A stretch of 62,189 nucleotides of DNA, filler included. It is 3 parts of 3 records of this genome, joined end to end, with 100 filler letters (N's around TTAATTAATTAA, not from the genome) between each part and the next. Parts side by side here need not be neighbours in the genome. Positions count along the whole stretch, not along the records: positions 29,320 to 54,941 come from SRR22947725_2304; 2 more parts are not named here. One strand, written 5' to 3'. Below are positions 29,220-41,300 of this stretch, piece by piece (the stretch's first letter is position 1; every line of letters starts with the position of its first letter). The position numbers and the translations under genes were made by a program. The notes beneath the pieces were generated by a model. It made no database searches, was not told the DNA's origin, and saw nothing but the letters and a program-made list of their open reading frames with translations.

Positions 29220-29319
29220 NNNNNNNNNNNNNNNNNNNNNNNNNNNNNNNNNNNNNNNNNNNNTTAATTAATTAANNNNNNNNNNNNNNNNNNNNNNNNN
29301 NNNNNNNNNNNNNNNNNNN
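29220..29319. other. Artificial contig spacer
   Basis: N44-TTAATTAATTAA-N44, exactly 100 nt. Confidence 0.99.
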
Positions 29320-30703
29320 GCTTTGCCCAACCATGCAAGTGAATCAAACCAAGAAAAGTTGGTTCTATAAGATTATCATTCCATTTCTTTCTCAAAACAT
29401 CTAGTTCTTGCACCCTCTTTGGTCTCTCTTTTGCGATGTCTTTTTGTTCTCCAATATCATTGGACAAATCATATAATTGAGGGGCGGCACCCTTCCATGG
29501 AATTATAATTTTTTCATTTCCATTGCGAACTGCAAAGCGATTCCGGTCAAATTGTCGAAGATAGATCGTATCATGAGGTTTCGATTTATTCTCACCATTT
29601 AAAAAAGGTATTAAATTTACACCATCCAATGGTTTATCTTTTGAAACCACCGCACCCGACAGCGATACAATAGTTGCTCCCAAATCCAAAGCACTAACGG
29701 GATTTTTATAGCTTGAACCCGCAGGTAGTTTACTCTTCCACTGGACTGCAAAAGGGACACGAAACCCACCCTCCCATGCATCACCTTTGTTTCCACGAAG
29801 CGGAGCGTTAGTCGAAGCGTTTTTAGTCGTGGGTCCTCCATTATCCGAAAGGAAAGCTACGATCGTATTCTCTTCCAACCCATACTTTTTTAACTCTTTG
29901 AGGACTCTTCCAACACCATCATCTACCGCACTGACCATCGCAGCGTAAGTTTTTCTTTTTTTATCCTTAATTGCAGGAAATCGATTCAGGTATTCCTCCG
30001 TCGCTTCAAGAGGGGTATGAGGTGCATTGTAGGAAAGAAAAAGAAAGAAAGGCCATTCCCGGTTTCGTTTAACAAAGGCAACCGCTTCATCTGAAAAATC
30101 ATCGGTTATGTATTTCCTGGGTGGCACCGGCTCATAATTCTTAAGCAACCAAGTCCGATAACTTTCCGATTCACCCTTTGCATCCTGACTCCTCTCGATT
30201 GTCAGCTTTTCCGGAAAGTAAGTGTGACCACCACCTAAGTGCCCATAAAACTCATCAAACCCTCGTTTCAAAGGATGGCTGGTAGGAATATGAGCACCCA
30301 AATGCCACTTCCCAATAATCCCTGAGTGATAACCAACAGGTCTAAGCAATTCAGCGATTGTTTTTTCTTCTCGGGTAAGACCCATATCTGGATCATGCGG
30401 TTGGTATTGAGGATTCCTTTCAAATCCAAACCTCTGTGGATACCGAGCAGTTATGAAACCCGCACGTGAAGGCCCACACACCGCGTAGGCTACATACCCA
30501 CTCGTGCAACGAACCCCATTTTCCGCAATTGAATCGATATGGGGTGTGGGGATATCCTTACATCCATTGAATCCCACATCTGCGTATCCAAGATCGTCGC
30601 ACATGATTACAATCATATTCGGTTTGGCTTTAGCAGTAACTCCGAATAGGCCCGAGAATGGAATGATGAAAAAGAGAAGGATGTTCAGAATTCTGAATGA
30701 CAT
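29320..30703 (-). CDS. Cys-type sulfatase (tentatively S1_19-like), 3' end truncated by the contig end
   Basis: PNMIVIMCDDLGY, CGPSR, RFGFE, GKWHLG; frame runs into the N spacer. Confidence 0.92.
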
Positions 30704-30852
30704 GATTTTCTAATTGATGTGAGAAATTGAAAGAAATTCGAAACTAAAAATCTTCAAGGCTCTAATGCAATGTCTTAATAGGCTTGCAACCCACTTAAAT
30801 TATGAAGAAAAAGTAAATTTTATCCCTTTTTCACTAGCCCTTGTCCAAGCCC

Positions 30853-32241
30853 ATGCTTAAAGAACATTATTTGGTAATCATTCTTTTTTGGTTCATTTTG
30901 GCCCAAGCCTCAGCAAAGCCAAACTTTGTTTTCATTCTCGCTGATGACTGTAGTTATCTGGATATGGAAATTTATGGGGGTCCGGCAAAAACTCCTTCCA
31001 TTAACAGGCTTGCTCAATCAGGTTTGACTTTTAAACGGTGTTACCAATCGGCTTCAATGTGCTCCCCCACCCGGCATTCTCTTTACACCGGTCTTTACCC
31101 GGTCAAAAACGGAGCTCATCCCAACCATGCCCGAGCTTATGAGAATGTGAAGAGTATCCCCCATTTTCTATCGAAGCATGGCTACCGGGTTGCTCTGGCA
31201 GGTAAAAAACACATCGAACCTCAAGCTGTTTTTCCATTTGAATACATAGATGAATTTGCAGACCCAATTAATGAAGATGTACCAGTAATAGAGGGATGGA
31301 GGTATCCAAAAATTTTCGATTTAATCAGGAAATCGAATTCCACTCAGACCCCATTCTGTCTCTTTTTATGTTCCAATGAACCACACGGGCCCTACACCAA
31401 AGGAGATTCCACTCCTTATAAAGATGTGAAACTCTCCCCCCAACAACTTGAATTACACCGTGACTCCTACGCCAAATACCTAGCTGAAATTACCTACTTC
31501 GATGGGCAGGTCGGTGAGGTCATGTCCATGCTTGAGCAACTTGGATTGAATAAAAATACCCTGGTTATTGTCGCCTCCGAGCAGGGAAGCTCTTATCCAT
31601 TTGGAAAGTGGACCTGTTATGAAATGGGGGTGGCAAGTGGGCTGATCGCATCATGGCCGGGAATAATTGAACCGGGAACTCAGACCAAGGCAATGGTTGA
31701 ATATATAGATATTGTACCCACCATGCTTGACGCGGCAGGTATGGAGGTTCCCGAGATTATGGACGGGCGGTCATTCCTCAATGTGCTCAAGGGAAAAGAA
31801 AATGTACACAAGGATTTTGCCTTTAGCTTACAAACCACAATTGGTGTAAATGGCGTGGAACAACCCTACGGAATACGATCTGTGGTCAATGAGAATTTTC
31901 GTTATGTCCTCAACCTTTTCCCGGAGAACGAATTCAGCATTCCTTCCTCCCGGAGGCTTCGCGAAGAAGTCAACGGACTCGGAAATAAGGAAAAAGAATT
32001 CTCCAAGCGCTATTTACAAAGACCCCGTGAAGAACTTTTTGATATTATTCAGGATCCCTATTGTCAGAATAATCTTGCCCAGAAAACAGAATATAAAAAA
32101 ATAATGAAATTACTTGCCAATAAATTAGATGACTGGATGGTCTCACAAAACGACTTGGGACGAACAACCGAACTGCAGGCAGAGAGCAGGCAATGCGAAT
32201 GGAGACAGAAACAAATCCTCCTTCGCGATCAAAAAAACTGA
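30853..32241 (+). CDS. Cys-type sulfatase (N-sulfoglucosamine sulfohydrolase / S1_8-like)
   Basis: PNFVFILADD, CSPTR, GKKH, EPHGPY, GKWTCYE.G, RPREELFD. Confidence 0.92.
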   Translation: MLKEHYLVIILFWFILAQASAKPNFVFILADDCSYLDMEIYGGPAKTPSINRLAQSGLTFKRCYQSASMCSPTRHSLYTGLYPVKNGAHPNHARAYENVKSIPHFLSKHGYRVALAGKKHIEPQAVFPFEYIDEFADPINEDVPVIEGWRYPKIFDLIRKSNSTQTPFCLFLCSNEPHGPYTKGDSTPYKDVKLSPQQLELHRDSYAKYLAEITYFDGQVGEVMSMLEQLGLNKNTLVIVASEQGSSYPFGKWTCYEMGVASGLIASWPGIIEPGTQTKAMVEYIDIVPTMLDAAGMEVPEIMDGRSFLNVLKGKENVHKDFAFSLQTTIGVNGVEQPYGIRSVVNENFRYVLNLFPENEFSIPSSRRLREEVNGLGNKEKEFSKRYLQRPREELFDIIQDPYCQNNLAQKTEYKKIMKLLANKLDDWMVSQNDLGRTTELQAESRQCEWRQKQILLRDQKN

Positions 32242-32269
32242 CCAAGCCAGTTTGATCCACCCCACCTAG

Positions 32270-32334
32270 TGTCGCAAATAAACAGAATTTATACGCATAA
32301 TGCGGTTCCCCTTTTTCCTTTTTTTCGGTAGGGT
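32270..32334 (+). promoter_or_regulatory. Putative activator operator plus -10 box of the xylan operon
   Basis: TGTCGCAAAT-N11-ATACGCATAATGCGG (32270-32305), then 23 nt, then TAGGGT (32329-32334). A near-identical arrangement lies on the minus strand at 44722-44786. Confidence 0.7.
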
Positions 32335-32410
32335 TTATATTTCCTTTTTTCTTGTTAATACCCTTTTTTTACCAAATCTACTTTCCTCCATTTCTGAGTG
32401 AAAATATCCC

Positions 32411-33970
32411 ATGATCAATAATCCCATTTTGCCCGGTTTTAACCCGGACCCTTCCATTTGCCGGGTGGATGAAGACTACTACATTGCAACCTCGACTTTT
32501 GAGTGGTTCCCCGGGGTGCAGATTCATCATTCCCGTGACTTGGTTAACTGGAGACTTTTAGGACACGCGTTGAACGAGACTAGGTTGCTCGACCTGAAAG
32601 GAGTTCCGAGTTCGGGAGGAGTCTGGGCTCCTGCCCTGAGTTATTCAGACGGACTTTTCTATCTTTGCTACACGGTTGTACACCAGCATGAAGCGGCGAC
32701 TAAAGACACTCCCAATTTTCTTATTACTGCACCTTCCATTGAAGGTCCCTGGTCCGAACCGGTTTTTGTGAACTCATCCGGTTTTGATCCTTCCCTCTTT
32801 CATGATGAGGATAATAAAAAATACTGGCTCAATATGATCTGGGATCACCGACCCGGTAAGCATCCATTTTATGGAATTGCAATGCAGGAATATGACTTAC
32901 CGTCCGGTTCACTGATTGGAAACAGGGAAATTATTTTTAAAGGAAGCTCGCTTGGCTTAACAGAAGGACCGCACATTTACCGACGCAATGGATACTACTA
33001 TCTGCTCACCGCCGAAGGTGGTACGGAATATGACCACGCGGTTTCCCTAGCCCGTTCACGCGACATTTTTGGTCCCTATGAGATTCATCCGAATAACCCG
33101 ATCTTGACCTCTTCGGGCAATCCCGAACTGAAACTCCAAAAAGCCGGTCACGCCAGTCTGGTGGAAACACCACAGGGTGAATGGTATATGCCCCATCTAT
33201 GTGGCCGTCCACTACCGGATTCAAAAAATTGTAATCTCGGAAGAGAAACCGCGATTCAGAAAGTCGAGTGGCACCAAGATAACTGGCTTTATCTTGCCGG
33301 TGGTGAAAACCAACCGAAAATGGAAGTTCCCGCACCCAACCTAAAGCCTCACCCGTGGCCTGCCTTAGCGGACCGACTGCCTTTCGACTCTCCTCACTAC
33401 GCTACTCCTCGAGGTCCATCCAGTTCGGTAATGCCTGAACCGAATTCCCTTACTTTACATGGAGCTGAGTCTTTGGAATCTAATTTTGAACAGGCCATGT
33501 TGGCAAGGCGCCTAACATCTCAAAATTTGACTGCCACAACCAAGATCTCCTTTAAGCCAGAAAATTTTCAGCAGATGGCGGGGTTGGCTGCGTACTATAA
33601 TACCTATCTTTTTCACTACCTCTATTTATCCATGGACGAGGAAAAAGGTCTGTGCCTCCAGATTCATTCCTGCGACGACGGAAAATCAAACTTCCCACTC
33701 GGCGGTGAAATCATACCTGTTTCGAATAATGAACTTTTTTTGCGGGCCTCCTTCAATGACAAACGCCTTCAATTCTACTATTCGCATTGCGGACAAGATT
33801 TCCTTAAAATAGGACCGGTCTTAGACGCTTCGATTCTTTCCGATGACCACGGGGAACATTGGGGATTCACTGGAACTTTTGTGGCTCTGGCCTGCCAGGA
33901 CCTAACCGGAAAGAAACTTCCTGCCACATTCGAATTTCTCGAATTATGTAATAATCAAAAACCCGGGTAA
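32411..33970 (+). CDS. GH43 beta-xylosidase (XynB-type with C-terminal beta-sandwich), cytoplasmic
   Basis: NPILPGFNPDPSI, ATSTFEWFPGV, WAP, GFDPSLF, TEGPH, AEGGT, GFTGTFV; no signal peptide. Confidence 0.95.
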   Translation: MINNPILPGFNPDPSICRVDEDYYIATSTFEWFPGVQIHHSRDLVNWRLLGHALNETRLLDLKGVPSSGGVWAPALSYSDGLFYLCYTVVHQHEAATKDTPNFLITAPSIEGPWSEPVFVNSSGFDPSLFHDEDNKKYWLNMIWDHRPGKHPFYGIAMQEYDLPSGSLIGNREIIFKGSSLGLTEGPHIYRRNGYYYLLTAEGGTEYDHAVSLARSRDIFGPYEIHPNNPILTSSGNPELKLQKAGHASLVETPQGEWYMPHLCGRPLPDSKNCNLGRETAIQKVEWHQDNWLYLAGGENQPKMEVPAPNLKPHPWPALADRLPFDSPHYATPRGPSSSVMPEPNSLTLHGAESLESNFEQAMLARRLTSQNLTATTKISFKPENFQQMAGLAAYYNTYLFHYLYLSMDEEKGLCLQIHSCDDGKSNFPLGGEIIPVSNNELFLRASFNDKRLQFYYSHCGQDFLKIGPVLDASILSDDHGEHWGFTGTFVALACQDLTGKKLPATFEFLELCNNQKPG

Positions 33971-33972
33971 AC

Positions 33973-35319
33973 ATGTCTGATACAAAACTTAAACCAATTG
34001 AGAAAATAGGATATGGCTTGGGCGATTTCGGCTCAAATGTTGTATTTCAAACCATTCTAATCTTACTTCCCGCCTTCTACACGGATGTTTTTGGACTGGC
34101 TCCGGCGGCAATGGGCACCATGTTTCTTGCCGTTCGTCTACTTGATACTGTGACCGATCCGATCATGGGAATGGTCGCTGATAACACCAATACGAAATGG
34201 GGAAAATTCAGACCTTACCTTCTTTGGTTTGCCATACCATTTTCCGTGGTTTTCGTTTTCACATTTATTACTCCAGATTTTAGTGAAAATGGAAAACTTG
34301 CTTATGCATACCTCACCTATGCGGTACTAATGCTTCTCTACACTGTAGTGAATATTCCTTACTGCGCATTGGGCGGTGTGATCACTTCGGATTCACAGGA
34401 GCGCGTTTCTGCAAATTCATATCGTTTCTTCATCGCCACTTCGGCAGGCGTTCTCATTTCTTATTTTGCACCTGATTTAATCGAATACTTTGGAAACGGA
34501 AACGAGCAGGATGGATATCCTTATGCGATGTCGGTTTTTGGTGTACTTGCCATCCTGGCCTTTTTCGGCTGCTTTGCTCTGACCAAGGAAAGGGTCAAAC
34601 AAGTCGCTCCCACAAAAGGTTCTCTGTCAGTAGACTTTAAAACTTTACTCAAAAACGACCAATGGCTGGTGGTGGCCCTTCTTTTCCTGGTGCTCTTGGT
34701 TCCGATTGTATTAAGGGGAGCCTCACAGGTTTATTATGTAAAATGGTTCATAGGGGACGCTGAACTGATTGCGGCCTTTCTGACCACCGGTACTTTTTGC
34801 CAAATGATTGGTGCAGGCTTTGCCTCCAGCCTGACTAAAAAGCTGGGAAAAGTACCTGCATATATTCTGGTTCAAAGTATAATCGTCGTCGGCTCAATCG
34901 CTTTGTATTTCGTAAGTAGCTCGAATCTGTATGCAATATTCATTCTTTTCGGAGTAGTGAATTTCTTTGTCCAAATGGGGGCACCCATTCTTTTTACAAT
35001 GGCTGCAGATACGGTCGAATATGGCGAACTCAAAACCGGCCGACGGGTAACTGGTCTGGTTTTTTCAGGTGCCCTCTTTGCTCTAAAATTAGGCGTGGCC
35101 GTGGGCGGCTGGCTTATCGGACTGATCCTTACCTATTATGGATATGATGGAAAAGCGGAAGCCCAAAGCCCCGAGGCGATTCGGGGAATCGTTCTCTCCC
35201 TGACTCTTTTTCCTGCTATCGGACATTTCCTTCTGATTCCCATCGTTTCTTTTTACAAACTCAATAAAAAGCGTTGCGATGAAATTCGGGCAGAACTCGA
35301 TCAAAAAACAGACTCTTAA
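33973..35319 (+). CDS. Glycoside-pentoside-hexuronide (GPH) cation symporter, xyloside-transporter-like
   Basis: EKIGYGLGD, DTVTDPIMG..AD.T.TKWGKFRPY, ADTVEYGE.KTG.R. Confidence 0.95.
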   Translation: MSDTKLKPIEKIGYGLGDFGSNVVFQTILILLPAFYTDVFGLAPAAMGTMFLAVRLLDTVTDPIMGMVADNTNTKWGKFRPYLLWFAIPFSVVFVFTFITPDFSENGKLAYAYLTYAVLMLLYTVVNIPYCALGGVITSDSQERVSANSYRFFIATSAGVLISYFAPDLIEYFGNGNEQDGYPYAMSVFGVLAILAFFGCFALTKERVKQVAPTKGSLSVDFKTLLKNDQWLVVALLFLVLLVPIVLRGASQVYYVKWFIGDAELIAAFLTTGTFCQMIGAGFASSLTKKLGKVPAYILVQSIIVVGSIALYFVSSSNLYAIFILFGVVNFFVQMGAPILFTMAADTVEYGELKTGRRVTGLVFSGALFALKLGVAVGGWLIGLILTYYGYDGKAEAQSPEAIRGIVLSLTLFPAIGHFLLIPIVSFYKLNKKRCDEIRAELDQKTDS

Positions 35320-35325
35320 TCACCA

Positions 35326-38300
35326 ATGAAAAAATTAATTACCCTTCTTGCCCTCGTAGCTCTGTGGACTGATCTATTTTCAGACTCTTATTCAGCCCGT
35401 TTTTCTCCGCCTTCCGGGAAAATTCTCGTCTTCGCCGGGCAGGATAACAAATCAGTTGGCGGAACCGGAAAATATCGGGACGGCTATGTCGATAATATCG
35501 GAGTACCCGCAGGGATTACCCATTATGTTTATTTTGCCGAAGGCTGGACCAATAAATTTAATCGGACCTATGCGAAAGGGAAGGTGGATGGACTGAATGA
35601 GGAAACCGAATGGGCTGCCGGCCCCATGAACCAAAAAGCCTACCTAGATTCCCCGGTTCTCGACCGATGTGTGATGCATCTTTCCATTTCAATGGAGGGA
35701 AATTCAGAAGACAAAGTTGCCGATGGTTCTTACGACCACCTCATTGATGAACTGGTTGACTTCGTAAAGAATCATCCCAAGCATCCATTCCTCATTCGAA
35801 TTGGATATGAATTTGATGGAAGTTGGAATGCGTATGATCCGCAAAACTTCAAGGCGGCATTTCGTAGAATTGTGGAAGCCCTCCAAAAAGCTAAACTCAC
35901 AAATTTTGCCACCGTGTATGCTTCCTCGAGTGGAGCAAAGCTCCAGCAGTTTATCGATTTCGATCCGGGAACCGAGTACTATGATTGGGTAGGATATTCC
36001 TGGTGGGGAGGAGACAGGGACGGACAGGCTGCTCTTGATTTCGCACGAAAGGTAAAGAAACCGATTTTTATTGCCGAGGCCACTCCCCGCGGAATTTTCT
36101 TTGACAAAGAGGATCATCAGGGAATCTGGGACTCGTGGTTTACCAAGTTTTTTAAACACATCGAAGACAACAAGGATGTGGTACGTGCCGTTTCCTATAT
36201 TAATGCGGATTGGGAATCACAGGATATGTGGACAGGAGACGGATGGGGTCAAACCCGCCTTGAAACGGCTCCTCTGCTTAAGTCAAAGTGGTTGGAAAAA
36301 ATGGCTGAAAGCCAATTTATCAATGCATCCGACAAGCCTTTCGGCCTGATTGGGTTTCCGGCAGTAAAACCAAGAACCTTGTTAACCGGTTCCTACAAAG
36401 ACCCCACACTCCCAGTGGAAAGTCGGGTCGAGGACCTGATCAAAAGAATGACCATTCAGGAAAAAGTAGCCCAACTCACCGGCTGGTGGGACCCGAACGA
36501 ACAAAAACTTAGGGAAGATGGTAAGATATACGATTCAGCTTTCTATGCAAAACACTGCCCGCACGGCATCGGGCAACTCGGACCATTACACAACCTGACT
36601 GTGGAGGAAGATATCAAACAATACGCCGCAGTGCAGGAATACTTCAGAAAGGGTACCCGGCTAGGCATACCTGCGATTCAGCATGACGAAGCAGCCCATG
36701 GCTTCATGCGTTTCGAAGCAAATTCCTTCCCCTCCCCAATCGGACTCTCCTGCACATGGAATCCCGGATTACTTGAAAAGATTTATGATCAGGCAGCCCA
36801 CGAGGCAAGGTCGCGCGGAGTGTCTCACATTCTTTCCCCCATTGTGGATGTGGCTCGTGACCTACGATGGGGTCGGGTCGATGAAACTCTGGGAGAAGAC
36901 CCGTTTCTGGTTGGCCGGTTAGGTGAAGCGATGGTTTGCGGACTACAGGGTTCCTCAAACGGAGAAATCGACTCCGACCATGTTGCCGCCACTCTTAAGC
37001 ATTTCGTGGGTTATGCCGGAACCGAAGGAGGACGAAATCGATCGCCCTACCCCTACGGCCCACGTTACCTGCTGGACCATGAAATCGCCCCTTTTCGACA
37101 TGTGATTCATTCCGCCCGTCCCGCTTCGGTGATGGCTGCATTCAACGAGGTGGATGGTCTGCCCTGCCACATAAACCCATGGATTCTGACTGATGTTCTC
37201 CGTAACCGGATCGGATTTAAAGGACTCGTTATCGGAGACTATCAGGGAATCGACTTGGTCCGCCAATATCAAAGAATTGGAAACTCGAATGCAGATGCCG
37301 CCCGAATGGCACTCAATGCCGGCCTTCAACTTGAACTTCCCAACAACTTTGGATTCCAACACCTTCCACAACTTGTTCAGCAGGGGAAAATTAATCTTTC
37401 GAAAGTGGACGAAGCGGTTCGGGCAGTCCTGTCCTTAAAGTTCCGCCTCGGTCTTTTTGAGGCACCCTTCAATCTGAATCGGGAAAAAGCACTTTCCCAT
37501 TCCCGCTCTAAGAAAGCACTTGAACTGAGCCGGGAAGCTGCCCGACAATCAATCGTTTTACTCCGAAACGACCAGGGTTTACTTCCATTAAAGAAAAGTG
37601 ACCGGCATACAATTGCCGTTATTGGACCCAATGCCAAAGTATGCAGACTGGGAAATTACTCAGGACGCCCACTCAAAACCGTTTCAATTTTTGAGGGAAT
37701 CCAAAACTTGGTTGGTGATCAGGCCAAAGTTCTCTTTGCGGAGGGATGCAAAGTCGCTCATAACGACACCGGCGATTCCTATTCCAATTGGCGCTATGTG
37801 AACGAAGTTGAGTATGCAACGGTCGAGGACAACCGCCAACTTATCTCTGAGGCGGCTCAAGTAGCTGCGGAGGCAGATATTGTCATTTTAGCCATCGGAG
37901 AAAGTGTTCTGCTCAACCGGGAAGCTTGGGGTGGTAATCATGTTGGAGACCGTTCCACGCTTGATCTGACTGAAGCCCAAAAAGCCCTGGCTCGAGCAGT
38001 CCTTAAAACTGGCAAACCGGTCATCGCTTTTCTGAATCACAGCAAACCGGTTACGCTTGGCGATCTCAGTGACCAATTTTCTGCGATCCTTGCGGCTCAT
38101 TATGCGGGACAGGAAACTGGAACTGCTGCCGCCGAAATTATTTTTGGTGTGACCAACCCGTCGGGAAAATTGACCCTCAGTTGGCCAAGGTCTGTTTCAC
38201 AAATCCCCTGTCATTACAGCCAACATCGAAGTGCTTTGGTTTTCGACTATTTAGACGCACCCAAGGGAGCGGAATACCCATTTGGACACGGATTATCTTA

Positions 38301-41300
38301 CACTTCATTCGAGTATGAAAAAGTCTCCCTCTCCGCCTCCAGTATTCGGCCCGGCCAATCCATACAGGTCCAATTCGATTTGACCAATTCCGGAAAACGA
38401 AAGGGAACCGAAATAGTTCAGTTATATGTTGCGGGGGAATCCTATGAAATTGCCCGGCCTTCCATCGAACTCAAAGCATTTTCCCGAGTTTCTCTCGATC
38501 CCGGAGAAACCCGTCGGGTCAGCCTCGACTTGAACGCGGACGATCTTCATTTCCATGATTCCACACTGAAACGCGTTCTGCCAGCGGGTAAATATTTAGT
38601 AAGTGTTGGAGGTTCCTCAGCTAAACGGTCCCAAGACATTCCTCTTACCACCATAGCAGAGAGAGTTTCCTCCGGTCCGGTTCGGGTTGTTCAATCCGAA
38701 GGTCCACTGTATGCCGAAAAACCGAAACCATCCGCAAGCACACCTAATGTTCTTTTTATTGCAATTGACGATCTCAGACCGGAGCTTGGCTCATATGGTT
38801 CGAAAGTAAAAACACCTCACATGGACCGCCTCGCTTCCAGTGGTACTTTGTTTCGACGGGCCTATTGTCAGCAAGCGGTATGCGGAGCATCTCGCTTGTC
38901 CATTATGGGTGGACTCTATCCCACACTGACCGAGGAACAAACCTTTCATGTGGATGGTTGGAGAAAACGACATCCCGACCTCAAAACACTTAACCAGCAT
39001 TTTACCGAGCAGGGATTCAATACCATCGGATTGGGAAAAATTTACCACGGGAATAATGGCCCCGGAGTTGATCCCCAAAACTGGACACAATGGGTAACAG
39101 TGAAAGGAGCTCCTCATTACGCCAAAAAAGAAAATATCGATATCTTAAATAAAGCACTGGCCGAAATCCAACCAGGGCATAATCATAATCCGCCCAAAGG
39201 ACCTTTAACCGAAAGTGCCGATGTGCATGACGACACTTATACAGACGGAAAAACGACCGCAAAAACAGTCGAGCTCTTAAAAGATCTTGGTAAAAATAAA
39301 GGACAACCCTTTTTCCTCGCAGTCGGCCTAACCAAACCTCACCTCCCTTTCGTCGCTCCTAAAAAGTATTGGGATCTATACCAACGAAATGATTTCTCCA
39401 TGCCATCCAATAAAGCCATTCCACCGGGATATCCGATTTACGCCGCCAATACACGGGCTGCGGAGATGCAAAGATATTCGGATTATGAGGGAGCAAGTCC
39501 AAAGGATTTCCAGGAGGAAACCAACCGGCGTTTACTGCACGGCTATGCGGCCGCCACCAGTTATGCTGACGCCTGCGTCGGCCGTATTCTTGATGCACTG
39601 GACAAAAACGGACATGCTGAAAATACCGTGGTCGTTCTTTGGGGTGATCATGGATGGAAACTGGGAGATCATTCGAGCTGGTGTAAACATACAAACTTTG
39701 AGTGTGACACTCGTGTGCCACTAATTGTCAGGGATCCCCGTCTAAAAGGTGGGCAAAAAACCAACCGTCTGGTTGAATTGATTGACTTGTACCCGACCCT
39801 TTGCGAACTGACTGGTATCTCCATTCCCCAACACTGCCAGGGAAGAAGCTTTAAAAATCTCCTCTCCGATCCCGAATCCGGTCATCGGTTGGACGCATAC
39901 AGTTCCTACCCGGCATTAAAGAATATCGGGCACAGCATTCATTTAAAAAACTACCGTTACACCGAGTGGAGGAATCAAGAGAACAAAACTGTTGCTAAAG
40001 TTCTAACTGACCTGCAGGCAGACCCTGGTGAGGTCACCAATTGCATAGACGATCCAAATTATGCCGATGATCTGGCCTATGCACAGGAAAGGCTCGATCT
40101 TCGCATCAACCAGTCATGTAAACCAAATCCACCCAGCGAACCACAACCGGCAAAAAAACAAGTTATCCAAATCGATCCTTCTCCTGAAAACTTAAGACAG
40201 TCAATTGACGGATTTGGTGGCTCGATCGCTTTCTGGGGTATCCGGGCCGATGATGAGGCCCTAAAATGTGTATTCAGCGAATTGAAAACTACGATTCTTC
40301 GGGCTCAGGGAGAGGTTTCAAAAAAAGGAATTATTGATCATAACCGCGAAATTCTCCAACGGGCTATGAAACTAAATCCCGATCTCGAAGTACTGCTCAC
40401 TTTCTGGCAACCCCGTTCGTCCACCCTTCTCAAGACTGAAGACTGGCTTGATGAAATCAAAACCGAAGAGGGAAAGGATGAACAATACTTTCTCAAACCT
40501 GAAATGGAGGATAAGTGGGCGGAAGAAATTGTCAACCGGGTCCAACAATACTTAGACTGGGGAATTAATGTGACCAACTTGGGGGTTCAGAATGAAACCA
40601 ATTATTCCCACATCGGCACCCAGACTTGTATATGGGATCCAATAAGGCTGAGAAACTTTATAGAAAATATATTAAAACCAAAGCTGGATAAGGCAGGGCT
40701 TAATGTGCTCATCACCGCACCCGATCTTGCCTTTGTTGGCTATAAAGGGAGCGAACTCGAACGCTTTCTCCCCACCATACGAAGTAAGGAGGTCGACTTG
40801 GTGGCCTATCATATGTACGACAGCTTTCAGGAGGGCAGTGACGGCAGTCTTGAAATCCTCCGGGAAAACAGTCGCCAAATCGGAAGAATTCGAAAGGAAA
40901 ATTTCCCTCGTAAGAAATTTTGGATGACTGAAACCACAGGTGCCCAATGGAATAATGATGTCTGGCACACTTATGGATGGTTCAAACAGGCTACGGAATT
41001 TGATAAAGCCATCCTCGCCGCTCAATATATGCACATGACATTTGCCCAGGCCGAAGCCAACGCATTTTTGTGGTGGGGATTAGTTTATTCCCTCGCACCG
41101 GACAGTGTAACCGAACCGAACACCCGGGAAAAACACCGGGACGAAGGTCTGGTCTTAGTGGAGGAAAAAGGAGGAGCAGGGGGCTTCCAAAAGTTCATCG
41201 AAAAAACCAAAAAGTTTTACTTCTTTAAACAGTACGCAAATTTTATCTGGAAGGGATCCAAGCGCATTGAAATAAAATCCCCGACTCCCCTTGAAGTAAG

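Noticed and set aside
29264-29275. TTAATTAATTAA palindrome, repeated at 54986-54997
   Set aside because: Centre of identical N-padded 100-nt spacers, so an assembly artefact. It also creates false ends for ORFs 29264..30703, 52120..54993 and 54994..56319.
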